DNA of 64,000 nucleotides from Paecilomyces variotii (Eukaryota): NCBI GenBank assembly GCA_004022145.1, contig RCNU01000002.1; one strand, 5' to 3'. Shown piece by piece: positions 63,810 to 64,000 of this stretch (position 1 is its first letter; each line of letters starts with the position of its first letter). The notes under the pieces were generated by a model. It saw only the letters and a program-made list of their open reading frames with translations, ran no database searches and was not told where the DNA came from. The position numbers and the translations under genes were made by a program.

Positions 63810-63998
63810 TCATGATTCTTCCTTTGAAGCCGAAGATTCCTGGGTGGAATCTGTGGTGAGCAGGTCACGCTTCTTGAAGTATCCCTGCATCCAGCAGCGG
63901 TACATCTTTAGCCTTCGCTTTCGGTTGACTAGCAACCTCCGGTCGACGCCCAGATTGAGAATCTGGAACACTCCATCATGATACGTCTTCCTGACTAC
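63810..63998 (-). CDS. 3' end of a hypothetical protein (continues beyond the window)
   Basis: Open frame VVRKTYHDGVFQILNLGVDRRLLVNRKRRLKMYRCWMQGYFKK..EES*. Confidence 0.55.
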   Translation of the reverse strand, partial: VVRKTYHDGVFQILNLGVDRRLLVNRKRRLKMYRCWMQGYFKKRDLLTTDSTQESSASKEES

Positions 63999-64000
63999 TG

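Overview
Intron-containing genomic DNA from a filamentous ascomycete (gene content and splice signals look Eurotiales-like; species not determinable from sequence alone). Most of the window is conserved housekeeping genes: patatin lipase, mannose-6-phosphate isomerase, PiT/Pho89 phosphate transporter, FAT1-type acyl-CoA ligase, HTD2-like dehydratase, intron-containing tRNA-Pro, Zn2Cys6 factor, COQ10, SOD-like mitoribosomal protein, PIG-S, THOC5 and a PAQR. The standout is an accessory, visibly GC-rich block at ~19.8-31 kb. It holds a ~1527-aa killer-toxin-like (subgroup C) GH18 chitinase (LysM-CBM18-GH18-Cys/Thr-rich-unknown domain-LysM) divergently paired with a 4-exon secreted, probably Kex2-processed protein. 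Once spliced, that protein shows a CNF1/CheD-like 'LTGCT-x13-H' Cys/His motif, suggesting a zymocin-like two-component toxin with a deamidase-type payload. A decayed tandem copy of the locus sits beside it, lacking the segment that carries the putative toxin gene. Separately, three unrelated-looking proteins share an H[AS]R[WF]xDxxI[ST]xP..SW motif, and an intact and a pseudogenised HNH nuclease gene lie near the tRNA. All exon models were derived by eye from GT..AG and branch signals.
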